Shown piece by piece: positions 25,939-37,814 of a stretch of DNA of 64,000 nt. Source of the DNA: Octopus sinensis (Eukaryota). The notes under the pieces are model-generated. The model searched no databases. It worked only from the letters and a program-made list of their open reading frames with translations, and was not told where the DNA came from. The first letter of the stretch is position 1; each line of letters begins with the position of its first letter. Position numbers and translations under genes: made by a program. The stretch spans positions 34,038,001 to 34,102,000 of the forward strand of contig NC_043001.1 of the NCBI RefSeq assembly GCF_006345805.1, read 5' to 3'.

Positions 25939-27431
25939 ATGATAATAGTAATAATATTTTGTCTTTGTATAAAAGATGGGCTACAGTAAATATTCAGCTC
26001 AATACCACAGATTTGCTTGTCAGTAGTTTGACCTTAATCAGTTGAGCATGTCCCTTGGTGGCTGATGATATGTGCATCTCTGATCATGAGCAGAAGTAGA
26101 GGGGGAGCATCATAGCCATGTGTTGAAAGGAGTTCTTTGGGGTTTGGATAATTCGCCTCAGGAAACAGGGGTATTTCATTCAATATCCTTAAACAACTCT
26201 TATTCAAGGACCATTTGAACAGGATGGACTATTCAGCCTGAAGAAAATTCTAACTGGGCGCCACCCGCAAGGTCATGCACAGTTAATCTTGATATGAGAT
26301 CACCATATCATGCACATATAGCTGTGATGCATGTGCCTGGCGTACCCTTATCAGACCGGTACTCATGATGGGTATACTGGGCTTCATATATTTTACCCCA
26401 GTCTCACTATGATGGTATGCACTGCGCTCAATAATAATAATAATAAATGCCCTGATGTAATACCAGGCATTAGCTCTCACGGCTTCTGATCTTAACTGAT
26501 TGGAAGTGTTACATGTACATTGTTTTGTCTTGGTATAAATGATGGGCTAGAGCAAATATTCAGCTCAATACCACAGATTTGCTTATCAGTTGCTTGACCG
26601 TAACCAGTTGAGCATATCCCTTAATGGATGATGTTATGTGCATCTCTGATCATGAGCATAAGCCATGTGTTGAGAGGAACTCTTTGGGGTTTGAATAATT
26701 CACCTCTGGAAACATGGGTGTTTTGTTCATCATCCTTAAATAAACCTTATTCAAGGACCTTTTGAGCAAGATGGGCTACTCAACCTGAAAAAATTGTAAC
26801 TGAGCTCCACCTGCAAGGTCGTGCGCTATTTATCTTGATATAAGATCACCATGTTGCACACATGTTGTTGTGATGCATGTGCTTGGTTTACCTTTATCAG
26901 TCAGGTAGTAATGATGGGTATATTGGGCGTCGTATAATTGTACCCCAGTGTCACTTTGATGGCATTCTCTGCTCTCTCGCTCAATGATAATAATAGTAAT
27001 AATAATAATATTTTGTCTTTGTATAATCAGTTGAGCATGTCACTTGGTGACTGATGATATGTGCATCTCTGATTGTGAGCAGAAGTAGTTGGGGAGCATC
27101 ATAGCCATGTGTTGAGAGGAATTCTTTGGGGTTTGAATAATTCACCTCAGGGGTTATTTGTTCATCATCCTTAAACCTTATTCAAGGGCCTTTTGAGCAG
27201 GATGGGCTACTCAACCTGAACAAATTCTAACTGTGCTCCACCTGCAAGGTCGTGCGCTATTTATCTTGATATAAGATCACCATGTCGCGCACATGTGGTT
27301 GTGATGCATATGTCTGTGTACATTTATCAGACGTGTGGTAATGATGGGTATATTGGGTTTCGTATAATTGTGCCCCAGTGTCATTTTGATGGCATGCACT
27401 GCTTTCTCACCCAATAATAATAATGATGATG

Positions 27432-27503
<72 letters not shown>

Positions 27504-30500
27504 CTAATAGTAATGACAATAACCCTTTCTACTATAGGCATAAGGCCTGAAATTTAGGGGAAGGGTTAAGTCGATTACATCAACCCCAGTACTTGACTGG
27601 TACTTAATTTATCAACCCTGAAAAGATGAAAGGCAGAGTTCACCTTGGTGGCATTTGAATTCAGAATGTAGCAATGGGTGAAATACAGTGTTTTACTGGT
27701 ACTTTTTTTATTGGCCCTGAAAGGATGAAAGGCAAAGTTGACCTTGATGGAATTTGAACTCAGAACATAGTGACGGGCAAAATACCGCTAAGCAGTTTGG
27801 CCAATGTGCTAATGATTCTGCCAGCTTGCTTCTTTAATAATGACTAGCACTACGACCCAGCAACGCTGGGTCATAGTGCTAGTGCATGCATATAAAGCTG
27901 CGTGCATGCGCACATACATGCGAGTACTGTCCAAATCTCCGACCAATCACATACAGCTAGCTGGCATTCAATTGGCATATCAAGTTTTGGGCATTTTGAT
28001 TGGGTTTTGGATAGAAAATTCACAAAAAAGTTACTTCTATTGATTTTTTAATGGCTTTGCGTGGTGACTGGGGAAATGTAAAGATGTGCACGACCACACT
28101 TGGACGGTTTTGAATAGCCATAGAAAGTGCGCGCTCTCTAACTGAAAAATTGTGGATTTGTATAAAGGATATACACACAGACAAATATTTTGTTGTTTAT
28201 ATGTATAGAGATAACAATAATAATAATTTGTACCATAGGACAAATTTGTAACATTAGGATATAGTCAACTAAATTTACTCCAGTTCAAGAGAATGAAAGG
28301 TAAAATGGAAACCAGAAGGATTTGAAACCAAAATTTAACAGGTGGAACTAAATTCTGTACCATTTGTCATCAACATTACTTCCATTTTAGTTTCCCCACT
28401 TCTCCTTTTTTAGTTGTTAACAAATGTTTTGAAAGGACAAAACCACAGATTCACAACATGTTATTGTATTAAAAAGACATATAATGCATATAAAGACCTT
28501 AGATTTAAATCCTTAATTCTTAGGTGAACTGAATGTGGTTTGTAGTAACATAATTAACTAATGCTTAAAGGCAGCAGTTAAGAGATATGTGTGTTCAAGT
28601 CTCACTTTATGCTCATTATAAGTGTCTCAACTCAATTCGTACTGACTCTTGATATTGAAAATCTTTAAGGCAACAAGCTGGCAAAATTGTTAGTATTCTG
28701 GGCATTGTTAGCACTTTGTCTGTCTTTATGTTCTGATTTCAAATGTAATCGACTTAACCCTGACCCCGAAATTTCTGGCCTTGTGCCAAAATTTGAATCC
28801 AATATTAGAAGTATTTAAAAAATGCAATTGAATTATGTTTTTTTGTTCATTTTCTTTTCTTTATTCTTTTCTCAGAACTTCAACAGTATAAAGAGAAAAT
28901 ATTTCATTTTGAAAATATAATTGTTGTTGTTGTTGTTGCATTTAGGTATGCCCAGGTGATAAAACAGTTACTTTCCTCTGACTGTCACGATATGATTGCT
29001 GCAATGCGGTATGACCCTTCATTATTTCAAGGTAAATGAAAAATGACAGAGCAAGATACACTATAACCACTTGAATATACGGTGAGATTTTCCTTTCTTT
29101 GAAAATCATCCCTCACAAAAATATGAACCACTTATATTGAAGTTCCTATAAATTTCTAAGTAAACATGAAACACTTTCCAAAAAGTCTTAAAAATAAGGA
29201 CCTTTCATTTTTGAGGGACAATATAAAAGAAAAAAAAAATCCTCCATTTTATGTTTGAGTATATTTATATAGTGTTTACTTGCCTTCTTTTTACAGTTAT
29301 TTGTGTTTCTTAATCACTTTTTTTATTAGTTTTATTCTTGAATATATCACATGAATGTTGATATCTGTATATGTAAAAGGCAGGATGGGTGTGTGTGTAC
29401 GTGAATGTAATTTATGCACGTCCACAAATTAGCACGCATGTCGCTCCAATTTTAAGAGAACATTCCTTATGATCCTTGCTGTATTTTCTTCAACTTATTT
29501 TTCCCAGAGGCACCAGCAAATAGCAGTAAAGATAAACTTTCAACCAATGGTAATGATTATGATATCTGTATATGGCATATTTCTGCATTGTTACTGTCTA
29601 CCAAATTCACTCCTATTTATTCAGAATTTCCTAAAACCATTAATGCTGATATGGAAAACTACATGTAAAGCTATATATAGAATAAGGAGACAAAATTCAC
29701 AAGTTCATGAAAGAAATTTAGCATATTGCATTCAATAATGATTTATATCTTCATGTTTCTTTAGGTCCCCCCTACAATGTTACTGAAGAGGATATCCAAA
29801 ATTTATATGGTAAGTATATAAAAGTTACTCTTCAAAGTAAAGATTTTCCCTGAGCATAAAGATTGAATTTTCTATGAAATTAATCCTAATTTCTTGAAAT
29901 TATCTCCTATTTTCTTTGAACATTACTAACAATTGTCATGGGTTTTGGTTTTCTTTCTCCAATTAAAAAACAAATCCCAATCCATTGAAAAATTTTTACA
30001 GACTTTATAGTGAACCTCACTATCTACCTAAAATATTCAGTTTTTATCAACACAATTCATCTATTAAAGATGACCCAATTTCATATAATGATTGAAAAAG
30101 ACTGATGTTTAACTATTCTAGACATGGGCAAGCTATTTTGGAAGTGGGCCACATGAGACATAGCTCAACATCAGGTGGGCAACTCAACTAAAAATGTTCA
30201 TCGTAATCTTTTGTTAGGCTTGCCATTCAGAAAATCCCGTGGGTCACAGTTTGCCCACAACTGAACTATACGAATACAATAATCATTCTCACATTTGTTT
30301 ACTAAATTTCCTGCTCAAATTCAACTCAGAGTACATTTTACTCTTTTATCATGATTCTGTCTTCTCTGATTTTTACAAAACACCCTCTCCAAGGTCATCA
30401 GGATAATCAACTATTTATTTTTGAATATCTAAATACTTTAATAGTGTTCACATTAAAGCTAAGCAAGGAACATTGTAGTATTTAATAGTAATGGTTATTA

Positions 30501-31480
30501 ACCCAACAAATAATAATAAAAAGAAAAAGCAACTTCCATATTGTTCCTCATAGGACCAACTAATATGTCAGGATGGTGTGATTTTGAACTTCTAAGTTGT
30601 AGGTGAACCATGCAGTATTCTTAATCATCAACAAGTATTGGGTTGTCCAAAAGTTCATGCTGATTTATAGAAGCTTACCTTTCAACTTATTTTAGAACTT
30701 GGTTGAGTCCATAAAATAGGATTTGATTACACTTCCATTTAGAGTACACTTTAATCTATCTTTTTGTGGAAGAAGGTTTAATGTTCCTATAACCTGTGTT
30801 AATTCTGTAACCCTTTAAAATGGAAGATAAAGTTCATTTTCAGAACTTGATGCTTTGGGAACCAGACAAAAATTGCTGCAGCTCAGCAGGGATGTGTTAC
30901 CCCACCCTCCATATTCACCAGATATTGCTTCTTCGAATTTCCACTTATTCAGGTCTCTCCAGAAATGTCTTAATGGTAAAAATTTCAATTCCTTGGGTGG
31001 CATAAAAAGATAACTTGATGAATTCTTTGCCATGAAACCACCTCAATTCTGGGAAGAGGGTATTTTCAAGTTAAAGGAAAGATGGAGACGCATTGTACAA
31101 CAAAATGTTTCATATTTGGTTGATTAAAAATGTAATGGCAAGTATATATATTGACCTTTTTCTTTCCTTTAAAAATCAGCAGGACAACCCAATATTACGC
31201 AGCAAGTACAACTGTACAGCTATTTTAAATAACCAAAATTACTTCATCAAGCTACAACATTATGTATTTCAAAACTTGGTTTCACTTTGAAATGCTTAAT
31301 TAGGCAAGTTCAGTGTATCAGCTGTGATATATTAATTATTATGTACTTGATATATATTTCTATTTGAAAGGTGATATGTGCAGCATTGAAGAAATTGATG
31401 AAAATGACTATGGTCCATGGTTCAAAGAAAGGGGATTGGAAGTGATATTTGAATGGATCTACTTTTTGAAAATTAAATGA
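19999..31480 (+). CDS. TPMT: Thiopurine S-methyltransferase paralog A, spliced CDS: 19999-20111, 21981-22073, 23060-23189, 24096-24148, 25510-25584, 28946-29031, 29765-29809, 31371-31480 (705 nt, 234 aa)
   Basis: All introns are GT..AG with compatible phases. The protein carries TPMT motifs W..RW....IPFHQ, IFFPLCGK.VDM, GH.IVGVD, IWDRGAL.AI, YDP...GPP, FE.IY. Internal exon sizes 93/130/53/75/86/45 match the vertebrate TPMT pattern as I recall it (93/133/53/75/86/45). Confidence 0.95.
21981..22073 (+). CDS. TPMT: TPMT-A coding exon 2 (SLEKHLD...IFFPLCGKCVDMK)
   Basis: Pyrimidine tract plus AG, gtaagt donor, SAM-binding motif I, 93 nt. Confidence 0.95.
23060..23189 (+). CDS. TPMT: TPMT-A coding exon 3 (LADKGHNIVGVDIAEQAL...KLFA)
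   Basis: tttttcag acceptor, gtaaat donor, 130 nt. Confidence 0.95.
23517..23553 (+). ncRNA. Minimal type-I hammerhead ribozyme motif (Penelope-like relic) in TPMT-A intron
   Basis: tgttt-CTGAAGA-a-gagc ctt gctc-GAAA-tg-TA-aaaca; identical copy at 46209-46245. Confidence 0.6.
24096..24148 (+). CDS. TPMT: TPMT-A coding exon 4 (SKDGKIKLYCMDMFKFS)
   Basis: ttctag acceptor, gtaagt donor, 53 nt. Confidence 0.93.
25510..25584 (+). CDS. TPMT: TPMT-A coding exon 5 (DFEGQFNAIWDRGALEAISPKTRI)
   Basis: cag acceptor, gttagt donor, WDRGAL motif, 75 nt. Confidence 0.95.
25955..27500 (+). repeat. Three tandem copies of an (AAT)n-tailed retroposon fragment
   Basis: Repeated ttttgtctttgtataa..catagccatgtgttga..gatgggta..aataataat; paralog B has a single copy at 49630-50090. 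Confidence 0.7.
27844..28211 (-). mobile_element. Non-autonomous Helitron (paralog A only)
   Basis: TC..hairpin-CTAG on the minus strand, inserted between A and T with no TSD; empty site at ~50524. Confidence 0.85.
28946..29031 (+). CDS. TPMT: TPMT-A coding exon 6 (YAQVIKQLLSSDCHDMIAAMRYDPSLFQ)
   Basis: tttag acceptor, gtaaat donor, 86 nt. Confidence 0.93.
29765..29809 (+). CDS. TPMT: TPMT-A coding exon 7 (GPPYNVTEEDIQNLY)
   Basis: ttag acceptor, gtaagt donor, 45 nt, GPP motif. Confidence 0.93.
30119..30263. mobile_element. hAT-type MITE (also ~55691-55834)
   Basis: catgggcaa..ttgcccac TIR remnant; 8-bp TSD aactattc/aactatac. Confidence 0.65.
30638..31192 (+). mobile_element. Internally deleted mariner element (paralog A only)
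   Basis: ttgggttgtcc..ggacaacccaa TIRs; TA TSD confirmed by empty site at ~56208; HPPYSPDIA remnant. Confidence 0.9.
31371..31480 (+). CDS. TPMT: TPMT-A last coding exon (GDMCSIEEIDENDYGPWFKERGLEVIFEWIYFLKIK*)
   Basis: aag acceptor, in-frame TGA at 31478-31480. Confidence 0.92.
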
Positions 31481-33070
31481 AGGAAAACTGTTTTTTTTTT
31501 AAAGGTTTGTAGTTCTATTTTATCCTATTTTCTATAAATCTGGTTTCAGAACGGCTTCTATATTCATTTCATCATATAATAGATGTTACACTGGAAGGAT
31601 TTTCCTTCGTGTATCTGGTTATAGTATCTGTCTCACTATAACCTTTTCATCATCACCTCCTCCAATGCCTCCTCCCCTCTTAAAGGATTTTTTCTTGCAA
31701 GTATTTGGTGACCCTGTCAGTGCAGGTGCCACTTAAAAGCACCAAGTCCACACTGTAAATTGGTTGGTGTTCGGAATGGCATCCAGCTGTAAAAACCTTG
31801 CCAAAACTGACCTCACCTGTACTTGTGCCATGTAAAAAGCACTACACATCTCACCTGTGCTTGTGCCACATAAAAAGCATTAAGTTCTCGCTGCTGAGTG
31901 GTTGGTGTTAGGAAGGGCATTGTATGTAAAAAATACTGCCAAAACAGTCACAGAAGTCTGGTACAGGCTTTGGCCTGGCCGGCTCTTGTGGTACTGACCT
32001 ACCCTTGCTAGCATGGAACACAGACGTTAAATGATGACGAGGATGACAATCTCTTCAACCATAAGCATGAACTTAGCTCTAGTTGTGTAAGCTGATAATG
32101 TTATCAAGCAACAGCAATGTAGTTAATAGCAGAGAAACATATTTTATTAAACTTGACAGATCAACAATTATATTGACCTTGTGTAATCCAAGTTTGCAAC
32201 TGTAAACTGTAAATGTGATGTCACTATAATCATGAATCTCCAGCCTTAATCAGCCAAGAAGATTGGGGATCTGAAATGACTAAAGAAAAATGAGGCTTAA
32301 CCATTTGGCATTCTCATTTAGCATTGTAAATTTTTAGAATGAGATTGTAGGGTAGGTGTGAGAGACTGGATTTGACCAGCATGAACATAAAACAGGTAAA
32401 ATATTTGATCCAGATATGGTTGGTTGAAATGCTAAAAGGTATGGTATATTGGATGTACTATGTCAATCTAGACAAAAATGAAGGCCATGTAAATGAGAAA
32501 AAAAATGCATACAGATGCTTATGGACGTTTATTGTTAATAGATACCTCAAACTTATTTTTATATCATTATTATTATTATTGGTTATCTATACACATCTGT
32601 TCTTAATTTACTATTAAATTCTGCTTAAGCACTAACTTGTTTATTTTAAGCACATCAATGACACAACTAACTGATATATATATTATATATAATGATTTAT
32701 AAAAGCTTAAAATTTTTATCCATTTTGGATTATGATAATAAAGAGTCAGCCTAAATTCTTTACATATTTACAAACAGTTCCAAAGAGGATTGAATTAGTT
32801 TGTTGTGAGCAAGGAGAAAAGACATTTCTTCTTCATAACAAACCAATTAAGTTGCAGTTTTAAACTGTTTCTTCTTTGATGCTGATCAGCACTAGTTTTC
32901 TTGGGTCCTTTCTCTATGTCCTTTTATATTCTGATTTCAGATCCCTCCAACACTGATATGGTCTTTTACCCTTTTATATATTCACATTGACTCAATCAGA
33001 TATACTTCTACTTTTCTGGAACTGGATTTGTACCAAGGAAAAAATCTATACCATTCACTGAAGTTAAACA

Positions 33071-33120
<50 letters not shown>

Positions 33121-33586
33121 CACACACACATTAGGCAGCCTTTGTATATTCTTTTCTCATTTGGCAAGGGGACTTTTACCTCTTTCCAGCTACAAGACAA
33201 TCTTACTAAGCTGCTGCTACTGTGGAAAAGGCACCCAGTACACTCTGTAAAATTGATGATGCAAGAAAGGTATGCAGCCATAGAAACCATACCGAACCTG
33301 AGGCACTGGAACAAGACGTGGTCCTCTGGTCCATTCAGTCGAATCTAACCAATTCCAGTATAAAAAGTAAATGTGAAAATTATGGGGACAGTGTTGATAG
33401 CAGTGATAACAATAATTATGACAACATGAAATTTTTTTCTTTATTTAAAAATATGAATAACATTTAAAAACCATGTATTTTCTAATTGTCTATTAATCAT
33501 AATAGTGTAAAATAGGACTAATGTACAAAATATGTGGAATGAAGTGCAATTATATAATATTTATTTTTAAATCCTAGTCTTGTATA

Positions 33587-33616
33587 AATAAAGGAAATAC
33601 AAAACGTTTAAATAAA
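33587..33616 (+). terminator. Candidate polyadenylation signals of TPMT-A (paralogous site ~57298)
   Basis: AATAAA hexamers in an AT-rich block kept in both copies, followed by GT-rich sequence; no transcript evidence. Confidence 0.35.
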
Positions 33617-33806
33617 AAAGAAAAGCTTTCCATTATTCAGGAATTGTATACAAATAAATCATTTCAATTATTTATCCTTGTGTTTTGGTGACTTTGTTTT
33701 CACTATGAGGACAAGAGGCAAAAGATTACTGCTGTCATCAATCAATGTTCTGTGTCTTTGATCAGTACTGTAGTGGCAGCAGTGTGAAACTGACTGATGT
33801 TTGGTT

Positions 33807-34360
33807 ATCATCATCATCATCATCATCGTTTAGCGTCCGCTTTCCATGCTAGCATGAGTTGGACGGTTCAACTGGGGTCTGGGAAGCCAGAAGGCTGCAC
33901 CAGGCCCAGTTTGATCTGGCAATGTTTCTACGGCTGGATGCCCTTCCTAATGCCAACCACTCCGTGAGTGCAGTGGGTGCTTTTTACATGCCACTGGCAC
34001 AGGTGCCAGATGAGGCTGGCAAACGGCCACGATCGGATGGTGCTTTTTACGTGCCACCGGCATGGAGGTCAGGCGAGGCTGGCAATGGCCACGATCGGAT
34101 AGTGCTTTTTACGTGCCACCGGCACGGAGGCCAGTCGGGCGGCACTGGCAACGGCCACTTTCGGATGGTCCTCTTATGTGCCACCAGCACTGGTATCACA
34201 GCTACAATTTCCATTGATGTTGATCGATTTTGATTTTGATGTCCCAAGAAGGAAAGGTATGCATAAGTGGACTGGCTACATCCCAGGTAGAGGCCACGGG
34301 TTATGGTCTTACATGTCCTGCCGGGTCTTCTCACGCACAGCATACTTCCAAAGGTCTAAA
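33807..34360 (-). mobile_element. SINE/RTE-tail retroposon with (GAT)n tail
   Basis: ggttggc.ttaggaagggcatccagc..taaacgatgatgat family; also at 20745-20885, 31680-32048, 39510-39942. Confidence 0.75.
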
Positions 34361-34418
34361 ATTCATTCTGTCTTTCTGTGTGTGTGTCTTCTAGGATCTC
34401 GGGCATCCTCCATCCGAT

Positions 34419-34629
34419 AGCAAAAAAAATACTTGCTGAATGCCAGTTTCATCAGTGGGACAGCCTTTCGATTTCAAATACACAACACAGTCAAATCCAC
34501 GTGTAAAACTAACTGCTTGTATATTCTAACTTTTTAGACCACTGCACAGACGCAGATTATACCCAGCGACAGAGAGGTCGAAAGGCTGTCCCACTGATGA
34601 AACTGGCCTTCAGCAAATATTTTTTTGCT
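34419..34629. repeat. 53-bp inverted repeat pair (34419-34471 and 34578-34629)
   Basis: agcaaaaaaa.ta.ttgctgaa.gccagtttcatcagtgggacagcctttcga and its reverse complement. Confidence 0.8.
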
Positions 34630-34906
34630 GGAAATAGTTAGAAACCATGGTCTGGGAAATAATTGAGATGGTAAACGTTTTTAATTTTCATTCCTTTCGA
34701 AATTTATCCTTATTTGGTGGTTCTGAGTTTTCTACTGCTCATTCTAGCACAAGGCTTTCCTATTTGGAAGCCTCTTATTTTATTTCTATGTGAATAATAT
34801 ATAGTCTAATGACTAATTCGTTTTTGTGCTAGGTCACTGGTAATAATAATTTCTTATTACCCTATTGTTATATATATATAATATGTGACAATTATTCAGT
34901 AGCCAT

Positions 34907-34968
34907 GATAAAACTCTGATTTTCGGATGTCGGGGCGCAAACTCACGCCGGCATCTCTTCAGTTATCA
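34907..34968 (-). ncRNA. Degenerate hammerhead motif (Penelope-like pLTR)
   Basis: gataa-CTGAAGA-gatg..catc-c-GAAA-atcagag-TT-ttatc. Confidence 0.5.
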
Positions 34969-35653
34969 GACCACTGAAAAAAAATGCTATGAAAATGGCT
35001 GTTAAACAAAGGGAAATTACTGTGTGATTGACCGTTATCAAGGCAAAAGAGCTATTAGAATGATCGCTAAGTAAGGGGTGGGAGTAAAAATGTTCGTAGT
35101 AATCGCGTAAGCGCGCGTGTCCATACATAAATATGCGCGCTCGCATACCCACGTACATACGCTTGTATGTATATATTCATCCACCCTCACTTGAAACACG
35201 TACATCGCCAAAATATATATAGATATCCGTATACATCCTCGCACACACACGCACAAAAAAGGTTCAGACGCACATGCACAAGAAAAACAGGGCTAAAGGC
35301 AAAATACAGAAAAATGTGTGAAAAAAAGTGTAAAAAATAAGCAATAAGAGTAAAACACGCCTATATACGCACATACTTGCATGCACACACACACACGTCT
35401 AATATACGCGCATACCTGCACACGTCTACACGCGCGCGCAAAAAATCCCATATACACGTCTATATACGCACAGGAAAAATACAAGGTAGAAGGTAGAATA
35501 CAGAAGAATTATGTGTATATAATAGAGGACGGTGTTACTGTTGTTTTTAGTCCCAGAAAGACATCTCCTCCAGCTGGCCAACGACACACAGTCTGTGTCC
35601 AATTAGTATTTGCGAGGGAGGTCATCGTTTCCATCTTTAGCCTTACGTGATAT

Positions 35654-35699
35654 ACACAGACCCGGGTTTCTGTGGTGGTTACCCGTCTTCAGCGTGTGT
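35654..35699 (-). ncRNA. Hammerhead motif with palindromic stem III (ACCCGGGT)
   Basis: acacg-CTGAAGA-..ggt aacc acc..-GAAA-cccggg-TC-tgtgt; stem II partly decayed. Confidence 0.55.
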
Positions 35700-35857
35700 T
35701 AATCATTAGCTAGTGATGAAGAACTCATTCCACTCGCAAAATACTATATCTTTTTTCTAGCGACACTCTGCCACTGATCTTGTAAAGATGGAGACATAAG
35801 TTATATTCAATCTTCGAGCGAGAGACAAACAGTAACAGTACGGAATCGTAAAATATA

Positions 35858-36702
35858 TAGGCATACCTCGGTTTAAGTTGTTCCGATTTAAGTCGTTCTC
35901 GATTATACGTCGGTTTTCAAAAATAATATATGGAAAAATAAAAATCAAGTTAAGTCATTTTACTCGACTTTACGCCTGTCTGCCACAAATATTGGAATCG
36001 TAATATCACCAGGAAACCATTAAAAGCCCATAAAATCATGTTGCTGCACAATAAATAAGAATAAAAGCATATAAAATCATATTAAAATACGTACAGTAAA
36101 TGTTAAGATACACACCATAAAGTAATGTAGCTTAGTGAACGAAATCATCAAATCAGTTGTGTTGTCTTATTTATCAGTCTTTTGGAGTTCATATTGCACT
36201 TTAGTTCCAATATCTACCGTTAGCCGTCGTTGTCACTCGTGATTCCCGCGATTGCTTAGAATTCAGATTTGCTTACGTCTGTTTATCTCATTCATTTGTG
36301 ACTTTATATTTTGCCCCCATGGCTCCTACGAAAATTCATAGTGGAAGTGCTAAACATCATGCTATAACGCTGAAAGATAAACTGGCTATGATAAAACGCC
36401 ATGAAAAAGGCAAAAAAGCGGTAGCAATTGCACGATCTTTTGGGATGAGTCGGACAACTGTATCGACGATTGTACATAATAACGACAATATTTTAGCAGA
36501 CCTGGTTTTTATTAACCATGTATAATTGAAAATGCATTCATAAATGAAGTACATAACTGGGAATGATTATTATCGGTTTAGACTAGAGACAAGTAAATTC
36601 AGCCTAGCCTAGCCCAGAGACAAGTTAATTCGGCTTCAGTCGTTTTTCGACTTAAGTCGTGTCTCCTTGAATCATTTAACGACGTAGGGTGAGGTATGCC
36701 TG
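35858..36702 (+). mobile_element. Tigger/pogo-like element, internally deleted, retaining the CENP-B/psq HTH coding fragment
   Basis: (T/C)AGGCATACCTC..GAGGTATGCCTG TIRs with TA flanks. ORF 36298..36525 AITLKDKLAMIKRHEKG....IARSFGMSRTTVSTI. Right end also at 10078-10212. Confidence 0.88.
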
Positions 36703-37019
36703 TATTTGCCAACTAAATGTGGTGGTCCTGTAGAGGACGTTGTTATAATGCTCGTTGCACAAAGCAGGTTAATACAAACTTAAATAAAACGTACTGCTTA
36801 TGCCCTGAGACAACGTGAAACAAATATACTGAATTAATTGTATGATTAAGAGGCATAAACTGGATTGCCAGCGCCTGGAGCAAGGTAAGTATTATTACAA
36901 GCTAAAAAAAGTGCGCCCAGAACAACCGCTCCTGTGGACCCACTCACGATACAGCACTGGTAGAATTGCGCAACGAATATATTTTCGTTAACACATTTGA
37001 ACTTCCTTAGATTAATAAT

Positions 37020-37814
37020 GTTTAATGAAATTATAATGGATCACACCTGCACCAGATCAGCAAACACACACCATCGGCTTCTTTCGATGAACTTTGCTTT
37101 TTGGACTGTTTTGATGGCTCATCTTTGTCCAACCATTGTGCTGAACGCTTACGGTTGTTGTATTGGATCCATTTCTCATCACATGTTACAATTCGATTCA
37201 GAAATGATTTATTCTTGTGATGAGAAAGTAGCATAATGCAGGCTTCCAAACGCTGCTGTTTCTGATGTTCATTGAGTTCATGTGGAACCCACTTATCCAA
37301 CTTTTTAACTTTACCGATTTGAACTAGGTGAGTCAATATTGTTTGCTTGCTAACACCAAACAACAATGATAATTCACAGGCACTTTGAGATGAATCTGAC
37401 ACGACGGTGGCATTCAGTTCTTCATTATCCACCTTTGTTTCTGGTCGACTGCGTTGCTCATTTGTGTGATCAAAGCTACCAGAACGAAATTTTGCAAACC
37501 AATTTGATACAGTCTGCTGTGTAATAACATTAGAATGAAATACTCCATTAATATTCCGAGCTGTATGTGATGCTGTATTTCCAAGAAAGAACTCATATTT
37601 CAAAACTGTACGAATTTCCGATTTATCCATCTCTGAGCAAAAATATCAAAAAACGATTTATAACTACTTTATAAAGCGCAAAATAAGTTAGAAAAAAAGA
37701 AATCGATGTATCAGCTTTCTAGCAAAAAAATTAAGGTTGTCAAAATGGCGCAAACTGAGCAGCTGTCAAAGTTTACCATAAACCTTACTACAAATTTCAT
37801 ACTCGACGACCTAA
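37020..37814 (-). mobile_element. Mariner element, paralog of 11687-12889, with its 3' part deleted
   Basis: ORF 37031..37630 with WVPHEL and TCDEKW; TIR ends at 37814. Confidence 0.92.

Larger units (their letters stand above)
10078..33706 (+). repeat. Segmental duplication unit 1 (contains TPMT-A)
   Basis: Collinear homology with 36568-57410, interrupted by copy-specific indels. Confidence 0.9.

Noticed and set aside
28946-29031. A/G paralog differences (K/R, R/Q) as hard-wired RNA-editing sites
   Set aside because: Only two such sites, in opposite directions; ordinary transitions explain them.
36298-36525. Domesticated CENP-B/TIGD gene
   Set aside because: Only the HTH fragment remains, inside intact TIRs, and the DDE domain is deleted.
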